From a virus (lineage: Duplodnaviria; Heunggongvirae; Uroviricota; Caudoviricetes), in IMG/VR virus record IMGVR_UViG_2698536590_000009, positions 1 through 39,350 of that record: a stretch of DNA of 39,350 nt; one strand, written 5' to 3'. Position 1 is the first letter of the stretch, and every line of letters starts with the position of its first letter. Shown in pieces: positions 9,301-18,777 of the stretch. The notes under the pieces were generated by a model, which saw only the letters and a program-made list of their open reading frames with translations, had not been told where the DNA came from and did no database searches. Made by a program: the position numbers and the translations under genes.

Positions 9301-9566
9301 TACGAAACCTCAAACTGATTCGTACTTTTGCGAAAAACAAGTTTCCCCGGTGAGCAAGGCAGCGCCAGATTGATGTCGTAACTGTCAGGTGACGCGATCA
9401 AAGGCATGTATACAATCACGTCGCCTGAACTGTCTTTCAGTTCCAGGTAGTAACGATTTGCATACAGATTAAACGGAACGCGGGCGAATGTTTCATATTC
9501 TCCGATTCTGGCCGTGAACTGAAATGGTCCTCGCCCGTCAGGTTTGAAAGGAATTAACGTTGTCAT
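9300..9566 (-). CDS. Small tail protein
   Basis: 88-aa ORF translationally coupled (overlapping stop/start) within tail operon. Confidence 0.4.
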   Translation of the reverse strand: MTTLIPFKPDGRGPFQFTARIGEYETFARVPFNLYANRYYLELKDSSGDVIVYMPLIASPDSYDINLALPCSPGKLVFRKSTNQFEVS

Positions 9567-10231
9567 AAGCCAAAACCAAACTCCTGCACGACCTGGTTCT
9601 TAATACCTGACCACGATAGCGCCCCGTCTGACGGCATCCCTTTATCAAATTTATCCAGAACGCTCGCCAGCGTTTTTACCGTTTGTTCGACAGACGACAA
9701 TGGTTGCTCAAACTCAATCTGCCAGGTGTGCTGAACCTGCTTGTTCTGCTCAGAGAAACCGGATGTATCGATAAACGACCGCATCAGACAGCGCGTGTAG
9801 ATGAAAGATGGCGTCATTACGGTGTAACAACCGCCATACTGGTTATGCATATCGAGCGCCATTTTCAGCGCCGTGAATGTCATCCCCTTAGTGATGTAGC
9901 CACCGTCCTCCGTTGATGCCGGACGGATCATCTGCATGACTACCCGGTTAGGCTTCTTGACGGTCGCATTCGCTGCCGTTACCTGGTTATAGAAATTCAG
10001 GTTGCAAATATCCTGCTGAACCAACGTTGTCCCCGCCATCGGGGTAAATGCCGCCATCGAGCGTGTACGAATCTCGCCATGCAGCAGACCGTTCACAATG
10101 CTTAGGCCTTCGGTCAAAACAGCAATCGGCATCACCCCGCCGGGAATTTTCGACGCTATGCCATCAACTAAAAGAATGGGCGATACTTCAAACGCCAGTT
10201 TGAAAGCTTGTCCAAAGTAATTAAGTGACAT
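9563..10231 (-). CDS. Tail protein (distal tail / DNA-circulation-like region of Mu-type tails)
   Basis: 222 aa immediately downstream of tape measure gene; positional. Confidence 0.45.
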   Translation of the reverse strand: MSLNYFGQAFKLAFEVSPILLVDGIASKIPGGVMPIAVLTEGLSIVNGLLHGEIRTRSMAAFTPMAGTTLVQQDICNLNFYNQVTAANATVKKPNRVVMQMIRPASTEDGGYITKGMTFTALKMALDMHNQYGGCYTVMTPSFIYTRCLMRSFIDTSGFSEQNKQVQHTWQIEFEQPLSSVEQTVKTLASVLDKFDKGMPSDGALSWSGIKNQVVQEFGFGL

Positions 10232-10234
10232 GGT

Positions 10235-12313
10235 TTACCCCGGTATTTGTTGCATTCCGGCGAGTTGTGCCAGTATGTCGGAACCTGGTTTTTGTTGAAC
10301 GTCGAGCCTGATTACCTGAGAAGTATTATTTGGTGAATATACGTTTCCCCGGTTCATTGCCAGCGCCCGCATCACATCATCGCCACTTACTGCACGAGCG
10401 GCGTCCCCATTTTCATGGTTAATAATGCCCTGAATTAGCTTTCTCATTATCTCAAAATTAGAACCATCGATTTTCTCCTTAACACCTAATCCGGTGTACT
10501 GAGAGAGATAGCTTTTATAGGACGATGTGTTATTTCCATCAGATGAAGGGGCATAAATATCAATAATCTGATCAATCGTATTTTTGCCGCGTTTCAGGTA
10601 TAGCATTACCTGCCGATCTAAGGCAGCAATGCCTTCCAGCATCGTCGGGAAGCTGGCAAAACGGGCATTTGGCCCCGATTCCAGGGTAGCCCCTTTTTGT
10701 CCTGCGAAATTAAGATTTCCGGGATTGTTATTCCTGATCCCTCTGGATAAATATGCAGATCTGTTTACTTGATTTGAAAATCCCTGCAATCCTCCAGGCC
10801 AGACCTTACCCGGATTGTTTTTTTGCCACTCCTGCACTTCGTTAAAATAATCAAAGTTGAAACGCCCCTCCAGCCCTTTCATTTCCTCACTGGTGGTAGG
10901 TGTGTCATTTGTAGGAATAGCCAATCCAGCTACTGTTCCGGCTGTAGCCCCAAGAAGACTTCCACCAACAACACGGGCGGCAACTCCGGTCGTTGTGGCT
11001 GCCACAGCACCAACTCTCGATGGTCCAGCAAGTACTGCGGCCCCAAAAAGCCAGGGATGTTCAACCGCAAAACCAACAAACCCGCTAAGTGCCTTAACAA
11101 CCTTTGCAACATTTTCGGCAAAATTATTCAGGTCGTTATTAAAATCCGGGCCATTTACATACTTACCAAGTTTATCCAGACCTGTTTCAACATCAGTCAA
11201 AATTCTTTTAAAGTTCTCACCGTTAAGGAAATTTAGACCAGCATTCTTTACACCATTAGATATTCTAATTAGCTGTACAGAGTTACCCGACATTACCCCC
11301 TGAAATCCGCTGGTAAGTTGATCCCAGTTATTTTCTAAGTTGCTGGTAAGATTCTGATACTGGCTTGTATGTCCAGAGGTGAGCAACGAGTCATTCTGAG
11401 AAGCTCGCGATAAAAACTCTTTGTTGAGTTCAGGTATTTTGTCCTGATATTTGACTAACTGGTTAGCAATACCAAAATTTACCCATCCAAGGCCACGACC
11501 TCTGAGCATGCTCTGAGTAAGTCCAGTTCCCTCATACTCCTTTGCAAGAGCAGCAACTCTTTCTAACAATACAGGAAGATTTTCTGCTGCCCCTTTTTTA
11601 GGATTTATCCCTAATCCAATTAGCCCGTTGTAGGCAGGATGCTGAGTGTCATTTTGCGCGGCTGCCAGTGTATTGAGCAAATTACCAACACCGGAAAAAT
11701 AAGGCGAATAAGTGCTTTCTGCCGCCTTTAACTCTCCTGGCGTTGCCTGCAATTCATCAGCATTTTTCTGTTTCTCTACAACATTACGAGCCATCATGCC
11801 AAAGCCAAACGGCCCGGCAACACCCATAACCGCAAGTTTTGTCCCCCACGATACGGTGGTTTTAAACAGGTTGTTTAATCTCGAAGTCGTCGTCCGTAGC
11901 GTAGAATTGATCTGCTTGTAAGTTTTCAGCGTCTGTTTGGCGTTTTTCCCCAGCCCGCTGAGGTACTTATCAAACATCGTTTCGCCGCGACCTTTATAGT
12001 TGCTCACCAGCGAATCAGGTGTTTTCCCGCTGCCAACAAAGCGCCATTTTTCATCCCTTAAACGTCCATCAGTGGAAGCAGCCAGAACTGGCGCGGGTGA
12101 AGATGGTTTCCTGGGAGCCTGATTGGCTTCTCCGCCTGTGGTTGTCTGCCAAGAGCCACCTCCCGGACCGGTATTTGAAGGTATTTTAAGCGGCGTACCG
12201 GCAGGGCCAATCATCAGTCCGTTGCGATACTTTTCAAATATCGCCTCAAGCCGCCTGAGGTGTTCTTCATTAACATCCAGCGTCAGAACTGGCATCTGGT
12301 TACCAGCCATCAC
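10235..12313 (-). CDS. Tail tape measure protein
   Basis: 692 aa, Gly/Ala-rich hydrophobic central region, located directly after frameshifted chaperone pair. Confidence 0.65.
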   Translation of the reverse strand: MMAGNQMPVLTLDVNEEHLRRLEAIFEKYRNGLMIGPAGTPLKIPSNTGPGGGSWQTTTGGEANQAPRKPSSPAPVLAASTDGRLRDEKWRFVGSGKTPDSLVSNYKGRGETMFDKYLSGLGKNAKQTLKTYKQINSTLRTTTSRLNNLFKTTVSWGTKLAVMGVAGPFGFGMMARNVVEKQKNADELQATPGELKAAESTYSPYFSGVGNLLNTLAAAQNDTQHPAYNGLIGLGINPKKGAAENLPVLLERVAALAKEYEGTGLTQSMLRGRGLGWVNFGIANQLVKYQDKIPELNKEFLSRASQNDSLLTSGHTSQYQNLTSNLENNWDQLTSGFQGVMSGNSVQLIRISNGVKNAGLNFLNGENFKRILTDVETGLDKLGKYVNGPDFNNDLNNFAENVAKVVKALSGFVGFAVEHPWLFGAAVLAGPSRVGAVAATTTGVAARVVGGSLLGATAGTVAGLAIPTNDTPTTSEEMKGLEGRFNFDYFNEVQEWQKNNPGKVWPGGLQGFSNQVNRSAYLSRGIRNNNPGNLNFAGQKGATLESGPNARFASFPTMLEGIAALDRQVMLYLKRGKNTIDQIIDIYAPSSDGNNTSSYKSYLSQYTGLGVKEKIDGSNFEIMRKLIQGIINHENGDAARAVSGDDVMRALAMNRGNVYSPNNTSQVIRLDVQQKPGSDILAQLAGMQQIPG

Positions 12314-12620
12314 AATACTCCTGCGGGATTTTTGAATTTGAGCAGCTCACGAAACTGAGCTGCTGTTTTTACATTTAGGCCGGAATCTGCACAGATGTCT
12401 CTGAATCCGGCTCCGGCTGAGTAGTCGAGGATGTCGCTGATGACGTGTTCGCCGTCGCGCCAGAACTGGCGGCTGATTTCAATGTCGGCAATGAAGCGAT
12501 CCATTCCGTAAGATTCAATAACGAGCATTGAGTGCTCCATACTCCATTGACCACATCCATAGTCCCCTTCGCCTGCTCCGGTGAATTTATCGACGAGACG
12601 CATGTAAAAAAAATGAGCTC
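12310..12620 (-). CDS. -1 frame extension of the tail assembly chaperone (GT / E+E'-like fusion product made by programmed -1 frameshift)
   Basis: -1 frame is open from the T8 slippery run through ORF 12310..12603 and ends 3 nt before the tape measure start; arrangement conserved in tailed phages (established knowledge). Confidence 0.45.
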
Positions 12621-13004
12621 ACCCGCCACTTCATCCAAATCAATGATTTCACGCTCCAGCGCCATATCGAGAGGGATTGTGTCGTAGCCTTTACCCTCCA
12701 CTGGGTAAACAAGATTTGCCAGGCGAATGACCTCATTAACAAGTGTATTACGGACCCCTTTATCACCTTCCCAGATATTAGAATCACGCGAGATCCGCTC
12801 CAGCATCAAAAAAGCGATACGCGGACCCGCAACGACGCCAAGACCTTCTGAAAAAATGGCAGAAAAAGTTTTACTCAGAATGAAGAAATGCTCTTTAAAC
12901 ACCTCTTTGCTAATCGGCGTGGCATGGATCCAGCCATTATCCTTTTCTGTCCGGACAGGAATAATCAGGTTTAAATTTCGCGCGATTTTCATACCAGATC
13001 CCAC
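12375..13004 (-). CDS. Tail assembly chaperone (zero-frame product, lambda G / P2 E analogue)
   Basis: Located between tube and tape measure genes; contains slippery run T TTT TTT at 12613..12606 in zero frame. Confidence 0.55.
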   Translation of the reverse strand: MGSGMKIARNLNLIIPVRTEKDNGWIHATPISKEVFKEHFFILSKTFSAIFSEGLGVVAGPRIAFLMLERISRDSNIWEGDKGVRNTLVNEVIRLANLVYPVEGKGYDTIPLDMALEREIIDLDEVAGELIFFTCVSSINSPEQAKGTMDVVNGVWSTQCSLLNLTEWIASLPTLKSAASSGATANTSSATSSTTQPEPDSETSVQIPA

Positions 13005-13432
13005 ATTTCAGAGTTGATGTAATACGTACCAGTAATGGTGATGGCCACACCCGGCTCGCCCCCGGCGAAGGTCATATCCTGCACGTTGGTGATCGCCGTG
13101 TTATAGATATCGAAGTCACCGAACACCGTGCTGTCGCTATACACTTTTGCGTCGCCGATCGTGGCATTCTTTTCCCATTGCGTCTTGAATTGTTTTCCCA
13201 GCGCCTGGCTACGCAGCAGATGAACACGCGCCTGTAAAATCATGTATGGCTGCGGCGACTGCACGGCTCCCGTCATAGCGGGTAAAAACTCCGTGATATT
13301 GCCCTGAAAGGACAATTCGACGCCTTCTTTTGCCAGAAAAGAGGCGGACACATTCAGTTCAGAATGGGAGGTAAATTTAACGCTGGCGCGAACCCGGTTA
13401 AGGGTGCCAACGGGGATCATTGGATTAGGCAC
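12989..13432 (-). CDS. Tail tube protein
   Basis: 147 aa immediately downstream of sheath gene. Confidence 0.6.
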   Translation of the reverse strand: MPNPMIPVGTLNRVRASVKFTSHSELNVSASFLAKEGVELSFQGNITEFLPAMTGAVQSPQPYMILQARVHLLRSQALGKQFKTQWEKNATIGDAKVYSDSTVFGDFDIYNTAITNVQDMTFAGGEPGVAITITGTYYINSEMWDLV

Positions 13433-13443
13433 GGTTCAGTCCC

Positions 13444-14781
13444 TCACGAAAGCTGCATTGTCACATTGATGTTAAAAATGATTTCGACAAATCCGCGCAT
13501 CGGCGTATAGGAGGCCGAAAGGCCTGCATAACGCCCGATACCGTAATCATTGGGATTAGTGTTGATATACTGGCGGAAAGGCACTGCATCGACGACAGGC
13601 TGACCGTTGACCAGGCCGTAAGATACGCCCGTATTGAACACCGCCTGTGCGACCTGCTGCAGACGGTCGATCCCGTCCTGGTTGTAGTAAAGCGGGTTAA
13701 TTGGGTTATTGCTACCGTTGATCACCGTGTTGGCGAGCTGCATATCGACATTAATCTGCACCCAGTCCACGGAATACCAGTACGTCATATCGTTACCGTC
13801 ACTGGTAACGCCTTTCACCAGAATCGTGTTGGAAATTCCCCCCTCAGCCCCCGTGTCGACGTAGTTAATATTCTGCTTCGTCATCGTGACCAGAATTGAA
13901 TTTTTGCCCTTGTGGGCGTTTACCGCCTGTAGATAACGAAATGCCATCGGCGGCACCTTGTTGATTTCTGAAGGTGATGCGGAAACATAGTTCCACATTA
14001 CGGCTGCTGCCGCGTTTGTCGCCGGGTACGTATCATCCGCCGTTGCAATAACCGACTTAATACCGGCATAAGGCGAAACGTAATTCGTGTCGTCCGGCGT
14101 TTTCGTCAGCACGAAGAAATACTGCATCGCTTCGTTGGCGGTGTGGAGTTTTGCCAGACTGATAAATTCTGCGTCACCATCCCACCGCTGCGGCACCAGA
14201 TACGCATAAAACCGCAGGAGCGGATCTTCCATATAAGCTTTCAGTGCAGCGATTTCCTTACTGACCCCGCCTTTCTGTACTCCCAGCTCCAGCAGGTAAA
14301 TCCCAACTGAATTTCCCTGGGCAAAAAACGTGTTTACTGCCGTCACCAGATTTTCACTGCCGACAATGGAAAACTGCCCCAGTGTCACTGGCGAACCGGA
14401 AAGCTGAGAATCAGCAATCGTCCAGGTCAGTGTTTTTTCATCCGTGACGGTAGCAGTATATTCGCCATTCCACGCGTCGGGCGAACACCCGGAAACAACA
14501 ATTTTCACCTCAGAACTGTTTTCGCGTCGGATGTTGCTCCCTTCCGGAAGCGTCATCGTAACGGTGACGTTTGCCGCAGATTTTCCTGCGGCAGCCGCCG
14601 ACAACGCAGCAATCGGATTTTTAACCAGATCGTTAATATCCTGATTGCTGGTGAGTAATACAGGCTTCCCCGGCTCATGAGTCGTGGAGCCAAACGAGAG
14701 AACCGCAGACATCTGCTGCAGATTCGAGGGTATGGCCCCGATGGTCTGGGACACATTCACCGTGACGATATTAAACCCCAT
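13444..14781 (-). CDS. Contractile tail sheath protein
   Basis: 445 aa; size, composition and position upstream of tube gene typical of myovirus sheath. Confidence 0.8.
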   Translation of the reverse strand: MGFNIVTVNVSQTIGAIPSNLQQMSAVLSFGSTTHEPGKPVLLTSNQDINDLVKNPIAALSAAAAGKSAANVTVTMTLPEGSNIRRENSSEVKIVVSGCSPDAWNGEYTATVTDEKTLTWTIADSQLSGSPVTLGQFSIVGSENLVTAVNTFFAQGNSVGIYLLELGVQKGGVSKEIAALKAYMEDPLLRFYAYLVPQRWDGDAEFISLAKLHTANEAMQYFFVLTKTPDDTNYVSPYAGIKSVIATADDTYPATNAAAAVMWNYVSASPSEINKVPPMAFRYLQAVNAHKGKNSILVTMTKQNINYVDTGAEGGISNTILVKGVTSDGNDMTYWYSVDWVQINVDMQLANTVINGSNNPINPLYYNQDGIDRLQQVAQAVFNTGVSYGLVNGQPVVDAVPFRQYINTNPNDYGIGRYAGLSASYTPMRGFVEIIFNINVTMQLS

Positions 14782-15725
14782 TATTTAACCTCATATTTAC
14801 AAATGACTTTTTCAATCAACTGCCGGGATATTTCCCGGGCGGTGCTCTGGTAGTAATTCACGTCAAAATCGACAATCTTTTTCTTCGCCAGAGCGTTGAT
14901 TTCAACCTGTCCCGACTTTGCGTCCTGAACCACCGGAATATTGGTTACACCAAACTTTTCCTCCTCCAGCGCCCTGTTCACCACCGAGTCGACAAGATCC
15001 AGCGCCATTTTGTTGCTGAATCCGTAAAGCGTCAGGCGAACCGAATCCTGGACGAGCTGGAATCGCTCACCACCGAAAACAACGGGAGCCATCTGCAAAG
15101 GAATACTGTTGCGAACATCCACCGCGATATACGGAGGGCGAAGGTTCTGCGGTACCAGGTAAGACGGATACACGGTCGCGGCATCTTTCATTTGCAGCCA
15201 GATCGGGATGCTGTTGGATATGATCTGCTCGTCGCTGATATCCTCCTCGCAGTCGATAATCTGGGAACGCATGGTTGGCAAAATCGCCATGCCGCGATAA
15301 TGAAAAATACCCGACTGCTGATAGCGGCTCTCCATTCGAGAAAAAGCGAACTGGACGCCGCCGTACTCACCGAGATAGATCGCATCGGGATTTTCCACAT
15401 TAAAATCATCAACCTGCTGAACAGGCGTGAAAATAATGTTGTTCACATCCTTCGAGACAGACTCGTCCTGAATCGCAATAACCTGACGATGCAGGCTGCC
15501 TTTGATTTTCAGACGAGTTGGTGACTCAATATTCAGACGACACAGTTCATCGCAACTGATGATTTCCGCATTAACCCAATAGACAAAACCATCCAGCGGC
15601 AGAACCTGCCGGACATAGAGCCTGAACGTGATTTCCTGGTCTGACGAGATGGTTTCAACTGCGGATTTAAGAACGGACGAGAGCTGCGAACTGTGCTGTC
15701 CGGCTAATTCTTCAAGACTCGGCAT
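14781..15725 (-). CDS. Virion structural protein of unknown role (neck/tail completion region)
   Basis: 314-aa ORF between head-tail connector genes and sheath. Confidence 0.4.
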   Translation of the reverse strand: MPSLEELAGQHSSQLSSVLKSAVETISSDQEITFRLYVRQVLPLDGFVYWVNAEIISCDELCRLNIESPTRLKIKGSLHRQVIAIQDESVSKDVNNIIFTPVQQVDDFNVENPDAIYLGEYGGVQFAFSRMESRYQQSGIFHYRGMAILPTMRSQIIDCEEDISDEQIISNSIPIWLQMKDAATVYPSYLVPQNLRPPYIAVDVRNSIPLQMAPVVFGGERFQLVQDSVRLTLYGFSNKMALDLVDSVVNRALEEEKFGVTNIPVVQDAKSGQVEINALAKKKIVDFDVNYYQSTAREISRQLIEKVICKYEVK

Positions 15726-16167
15726 TGTTATCTATCCACGCTATAAAGCTGCCCTTAAACAGGCCGCCATCTATGAATGACGGGCGCCGCTCCCCGGTAT
15801 ATTTGTCCTTAAGCCTTGAGTTAACACCCTGTAACGCAGCCTGGGTTGGGACCTGATTTCCGTTGATCGTCATTCCGGCCATTTCTTCGGTTTCAAGAAA
15901 TATATGGAAAATCTTCCCGGTCCCTTCCAGAAAATGCTCGCCAGGTAGCGGAGCCTTATACTTGAAGTGATTGACCAACTGGTACGCCAGTTCAGTACCT
16001 GCCTCCTGGATAATCTCGTCCTTATGCATTTCCCAGAAGTGCGTAAAAATTTCGTATCGCTCCTCGAGGTCACAGGCCACGTCAAACGTGGTTTTTCCCG
16101 GTTCGTCGCCGTAGTCATACGGCTGGTCGATAACCCCAAAACAAAGTTTCATGGCGTGTAACCCCAT
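15712..16167 (-). CDS. Head-tail joining / tail completion protein (putative)
   Basis: Positional; overlapping starts typical of connector gene block. Confidence 0.4.
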   Translation of the reverse strand: MGLHAMKLCFGVIDQPYDYGDEPGKTTFDVACDLEERYEIFTHFWEMHKDEIIQEAGTELAYQLVNHFKYKAPLPGEHFLEGTGKIFHIFLETEEMAGMTINGNQVPTQAALQGVNSRLKDKYTGERRPSFIDGGLFKGSFIAWIDNNAES

Positions 16168-16589
16168 ACCGTGCCCATCTGCATCAGCACCGCAACAACC
16201 TGTCGTCCATACGGATCCTGTAACATCTGCAAATCCAGCAAAGACAGATTACTCAGCGCGTCGCTGATGGTGATCGAACCCGATGTCCCCTGGTCTGCTG
16301 CCGCGCTGACAAGCCCGGTAGCCAGTTTCCCAAGGTTGAGTTTTTTTCTCAGGTCGGCAAACCACGAGCCGGGAGCGAAATTCAGGAGAAATGAGGCGGC
16401 AGCGTTATAAACCGTTCGCACATAGATGATGGGTAAACGCTCCAGCCCCTGATCGTGAGGGATTAGCTCCATCGCAGACTGAAAGCAACATTCCAGTGTC
16501 GGATCATCGTCAGCAATAGCGTGAACCGGTACTTTCATGTCGTCACGAACAAAGCGAATAAACCCCTCCAGTGACGGACGCAGGGTCAT
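16149..16589 (-). CDS. Head-tail connector protein (putative)
   Basis: Positional. Confidence 0.4.
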   Translation of the reverse strand: MTLRPSLEGFIRFVRDDMKVPVHAIADDDPTLECCFQSAMELIPHDQGLERLPIIYVRTVYNAAASFLLNFAPGSWFADLRKKLNLGKLATGLVSAAADQGTSGSITISDALSNLSLLDLQMLQDPYGRQVVAVLMQMGTVWGYTP

Positions 16590-17059
16590 TATTTTTTAAC
16601 CTTAATATTTCGCTTTGTGCTGGGCGGATTTTCCTGTTCGGTGTTAACCGCTTCCCCGGTGATTTCCATTTCAATACCACCTGGTTGAGGTTTTTCGCCA
16701 CTCTGAATCACTGCCTGATCCACTGCGTTATTCAGCGATACGGCGCTGGCTGCGAGAATTTCTTCTGACAGGGATTCCAGATTTTCCGTTTTCTGCTCCG
16801 CGCAATCCTCAATGCGACCAACGCTCACAGGTTTATCGATGGAATAGCAGATACCAGAAAAATTCTTGTCCACCTTGTCACAACGCTGGAATCCGTAAGG
16901 CTCATGCTGTCGGATGATGTGGTCGATAATATCGGACTGATTTTCGATCATATGCTGACGTCCGGACGGAATTGTCACACCGAACGACTGCGTTTTTTCG
17001 GGGAGTTTGTAGTTGAACGTGTGCGGCTGACGTGAGCAGTTAGCGATGTAGAGCTTCAT
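16589..17059 (-). CDS. Head completion / connector protein (putative)
   Basis: Track ORF to 17074 (TTG); ATG at 17059; first gene after major capsid terminator. Confidence 0.4.
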   Translation of the reverse strand: MKLYIANCSRQPHTFNYKLPEKTQSFGVTIPSGRQHMIENQSDIIDHIIRQHEPYGFQRCDKVDKNFSGICYSIDKPVSVGRIEDCAEQKTENLESLSEEILAASAVSLNNAVDQAVIQSGEKPQPGGIEMEITGEAVNTEQENPPSTKRNIKVKK

Positions 17060-17070
17060 AAATTTTTCCC

Positions 17071-17097
17071 ACAAAAAAGGGGAGCATTTAGCTCCCC
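17071..17097 (-). terminator. Rho-independent terminator after major capsid gene (GGGGAGC-TAAAT-GCTCCCC followed by U7)
   Basis: Seen in sequence; typical attenuator placement after highly expressed capsid gene. Confidence 0.5.
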
Positions 17098-17116
17098 GCG
17101 TTATCAGGTTGAACGT

Positions 17117-18145
17117 TTATGCGTATTTGGCAGACAACAGGGTGATCCCCTCAGGGCGGAAGTTCCAGCCCGGCGTCGCGCGCATGGTATACAACGTGGT
17201 CAGGCCACCATCCGGCATAGGGGATGGTATTTCCGTCGGCGCTGCCATATCACAGAACATCACGTTGACGGCCTGCTGGTTAGGAACCAGCGTGGAGAAA
17301 ATATTGGTGTTAATGGTATGACGCGCTTCCGGAACCTCAATCGTCGGGTTCGTAACGATGATCAGGTCATTACCACCAGCGCCTTTACCGATCAGCGTGT
17401 CGTCCTGGCAGAAAATGATGTCGTCGCCTGTCGCCTTATCGGCGACATCTTTAACCATCGTTCCCACCGTTCCGGTACCACCACCAGGACGCTGATAACT
17501 GGTCAGCTCAACAATTCCTGTCCACTCCAGCGCCTTCATGAATCGCTGTGGACTCAGAATAACAGTCGTTAATGGCTGCCCCAGCAGCAACATGCGGGTT
17601 TTCTGGTCAGCAATCAGGCCAAGCATAAATTTAGCCATCTCGCCGGAATCCCAGGTGGTGTACGAATCGTTACCTTTGCTGTCGTTGCCCAGATTCAGCG
17701 TCACTGCATTCGGGGAGTTGGTGATCCCTTCGTTATTCTTCGCTTCAACACCGTACAGCAGCATATTACGCAACATTTGAGCGTGTCCCTGGCGGTTAGC
17801 CAAGCGCAGGCCTTCAATCAGAGAATAGCCCCAGCGATCTGCTGCATCAGTATCGAGATAGCTGTATTGCGAGCGGGAAGAAATTCGATAAGTCATCATC
17901 CCGTCATAGCCACCAGAGATACTGGAAGACGGTAACTGGCCCGGCAGAGACTGGCTGACCTGCGCCTGCGAGGTCATGCGCAGATATTTCTGATAGACCA
18001 TCAAATCACTGGAACTGATTTTTACTGCCGGAGCACCACCAGCCAGGACTTCAAACGCCCCGGAAGCCATGCTCTGTTGCACGATCATTTCCGGCAGCAC
18101 CATTGACGGCGACACAATAGTAGTCGCAGGAGTAAATGCGCTCAT
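17117..18145 (-). CDS. Major capsid protein
   Basis: 342 aa, follows scaffold/protease and head protein genes, followed by strong terminator. Confidence 0.65.
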   Translation of the reverse strand: MSAFTPATTIVSPSMVLPEMIVQQSMASGAFEVLAGGAPAVKISSSDLMVYQKYLRMTSQAQVSQSLPGQLPSSSISGGYDGMMTYRISSRSQYSYLDTDAADRWGYSLIEGLRLANRQGHAQMLRNMLLYGVEAKNNEGITNSPNAVTLNLGNDSKGNDSYTTWDSGEMAKFMLGLIADQKTRMLLLGQPLTTVILSPQRFMKALEWTGIVELTSYQRPGGGTGTVGTMVKDVADKATGDDIIFCQDDTLIGKGAGGNDLIIVTNPTIEVPEARHTINTNIFSTLVPNQQAVNVMFCDMAAPTEIPSPMPDGGLTTLYTMRATPGWNFRPEGITLLSAKYA

Positions 18146-18159
18146 TAATTAATATCCCC

Positions 18160-18777
18160 TTAAATTAAAAACAGGCCGCACGGTTTGCCGATTTCCCAGA
18201 CAACGTTACCGCCATCCTCTTTTTTCACCGTCAGGTTTCCGTCAACTGAAACCATCAGCAGCTTAATATCCACTTTCGGATTAGTGCCGGGTGATCCCGA
18301 ATAAACATCAATCATGTTTTTCGTCAGATCCCACACAAAACCACAGGCAGCAACGGTGTTATTTCCATCAGCCAGCGCAACAACTTCTGCACTGACAGGG
18401 AGAGGAATGCGGGCACCTGAACCGACGCGGTAATAGTGAACAAAGCCACCCGCGAGATATAACGGCACCGGATTATCCGGCGTGGTAATGCCATGAAATG
18501 CCTGATTAAAGACAGTAAAGGCGTTACAGGCGTCATTCGTGGCCTGCTTGATAACCGCCCCGTTAACGCTGTCTTTCGCGGGAGCGATGCACTCGATAAC
18601 ACCGACACCACCCCATACCGGTTCACTGATTTTGCTGTCCAGTCGTCCGGAGCAAAGTTGCAGACGAATTGCCGGATCATCCTGCGCATCCCCCTGCATC
18701 AGCCCACGGGATTCGACGTTAAAAAGGCCACCAAATGCTCCACGGTTTTTAAACGGATGAAAGTTAATATCAGCCAT
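18160..18777 (-). CDS. Head protein (decoration or auxiliary capsid protein, putative)
   Basis: 205-aa ORF between scaffold/protease-like gene and major capsid gene. Confidence 0.4.
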   Translation of the reverse strand: MADINFHPFKNRGAFGGLFNVESRGLMQGDAQDDPAIRLQLCSGRLDSKISEPVWGGVGVIECIAPAKDSVNGAVIKQATNDACNAFTVFNQAFHGITTPDNPVPLYLAGGFVHYYRVGSGARIPLPVSAEVVALADGNNTVAACGFVWDLTKNMIDVYSGSPGTNPKVDIKLLMVSVDGNLTVKKEDGGNVVWEIGKPCGLFLI

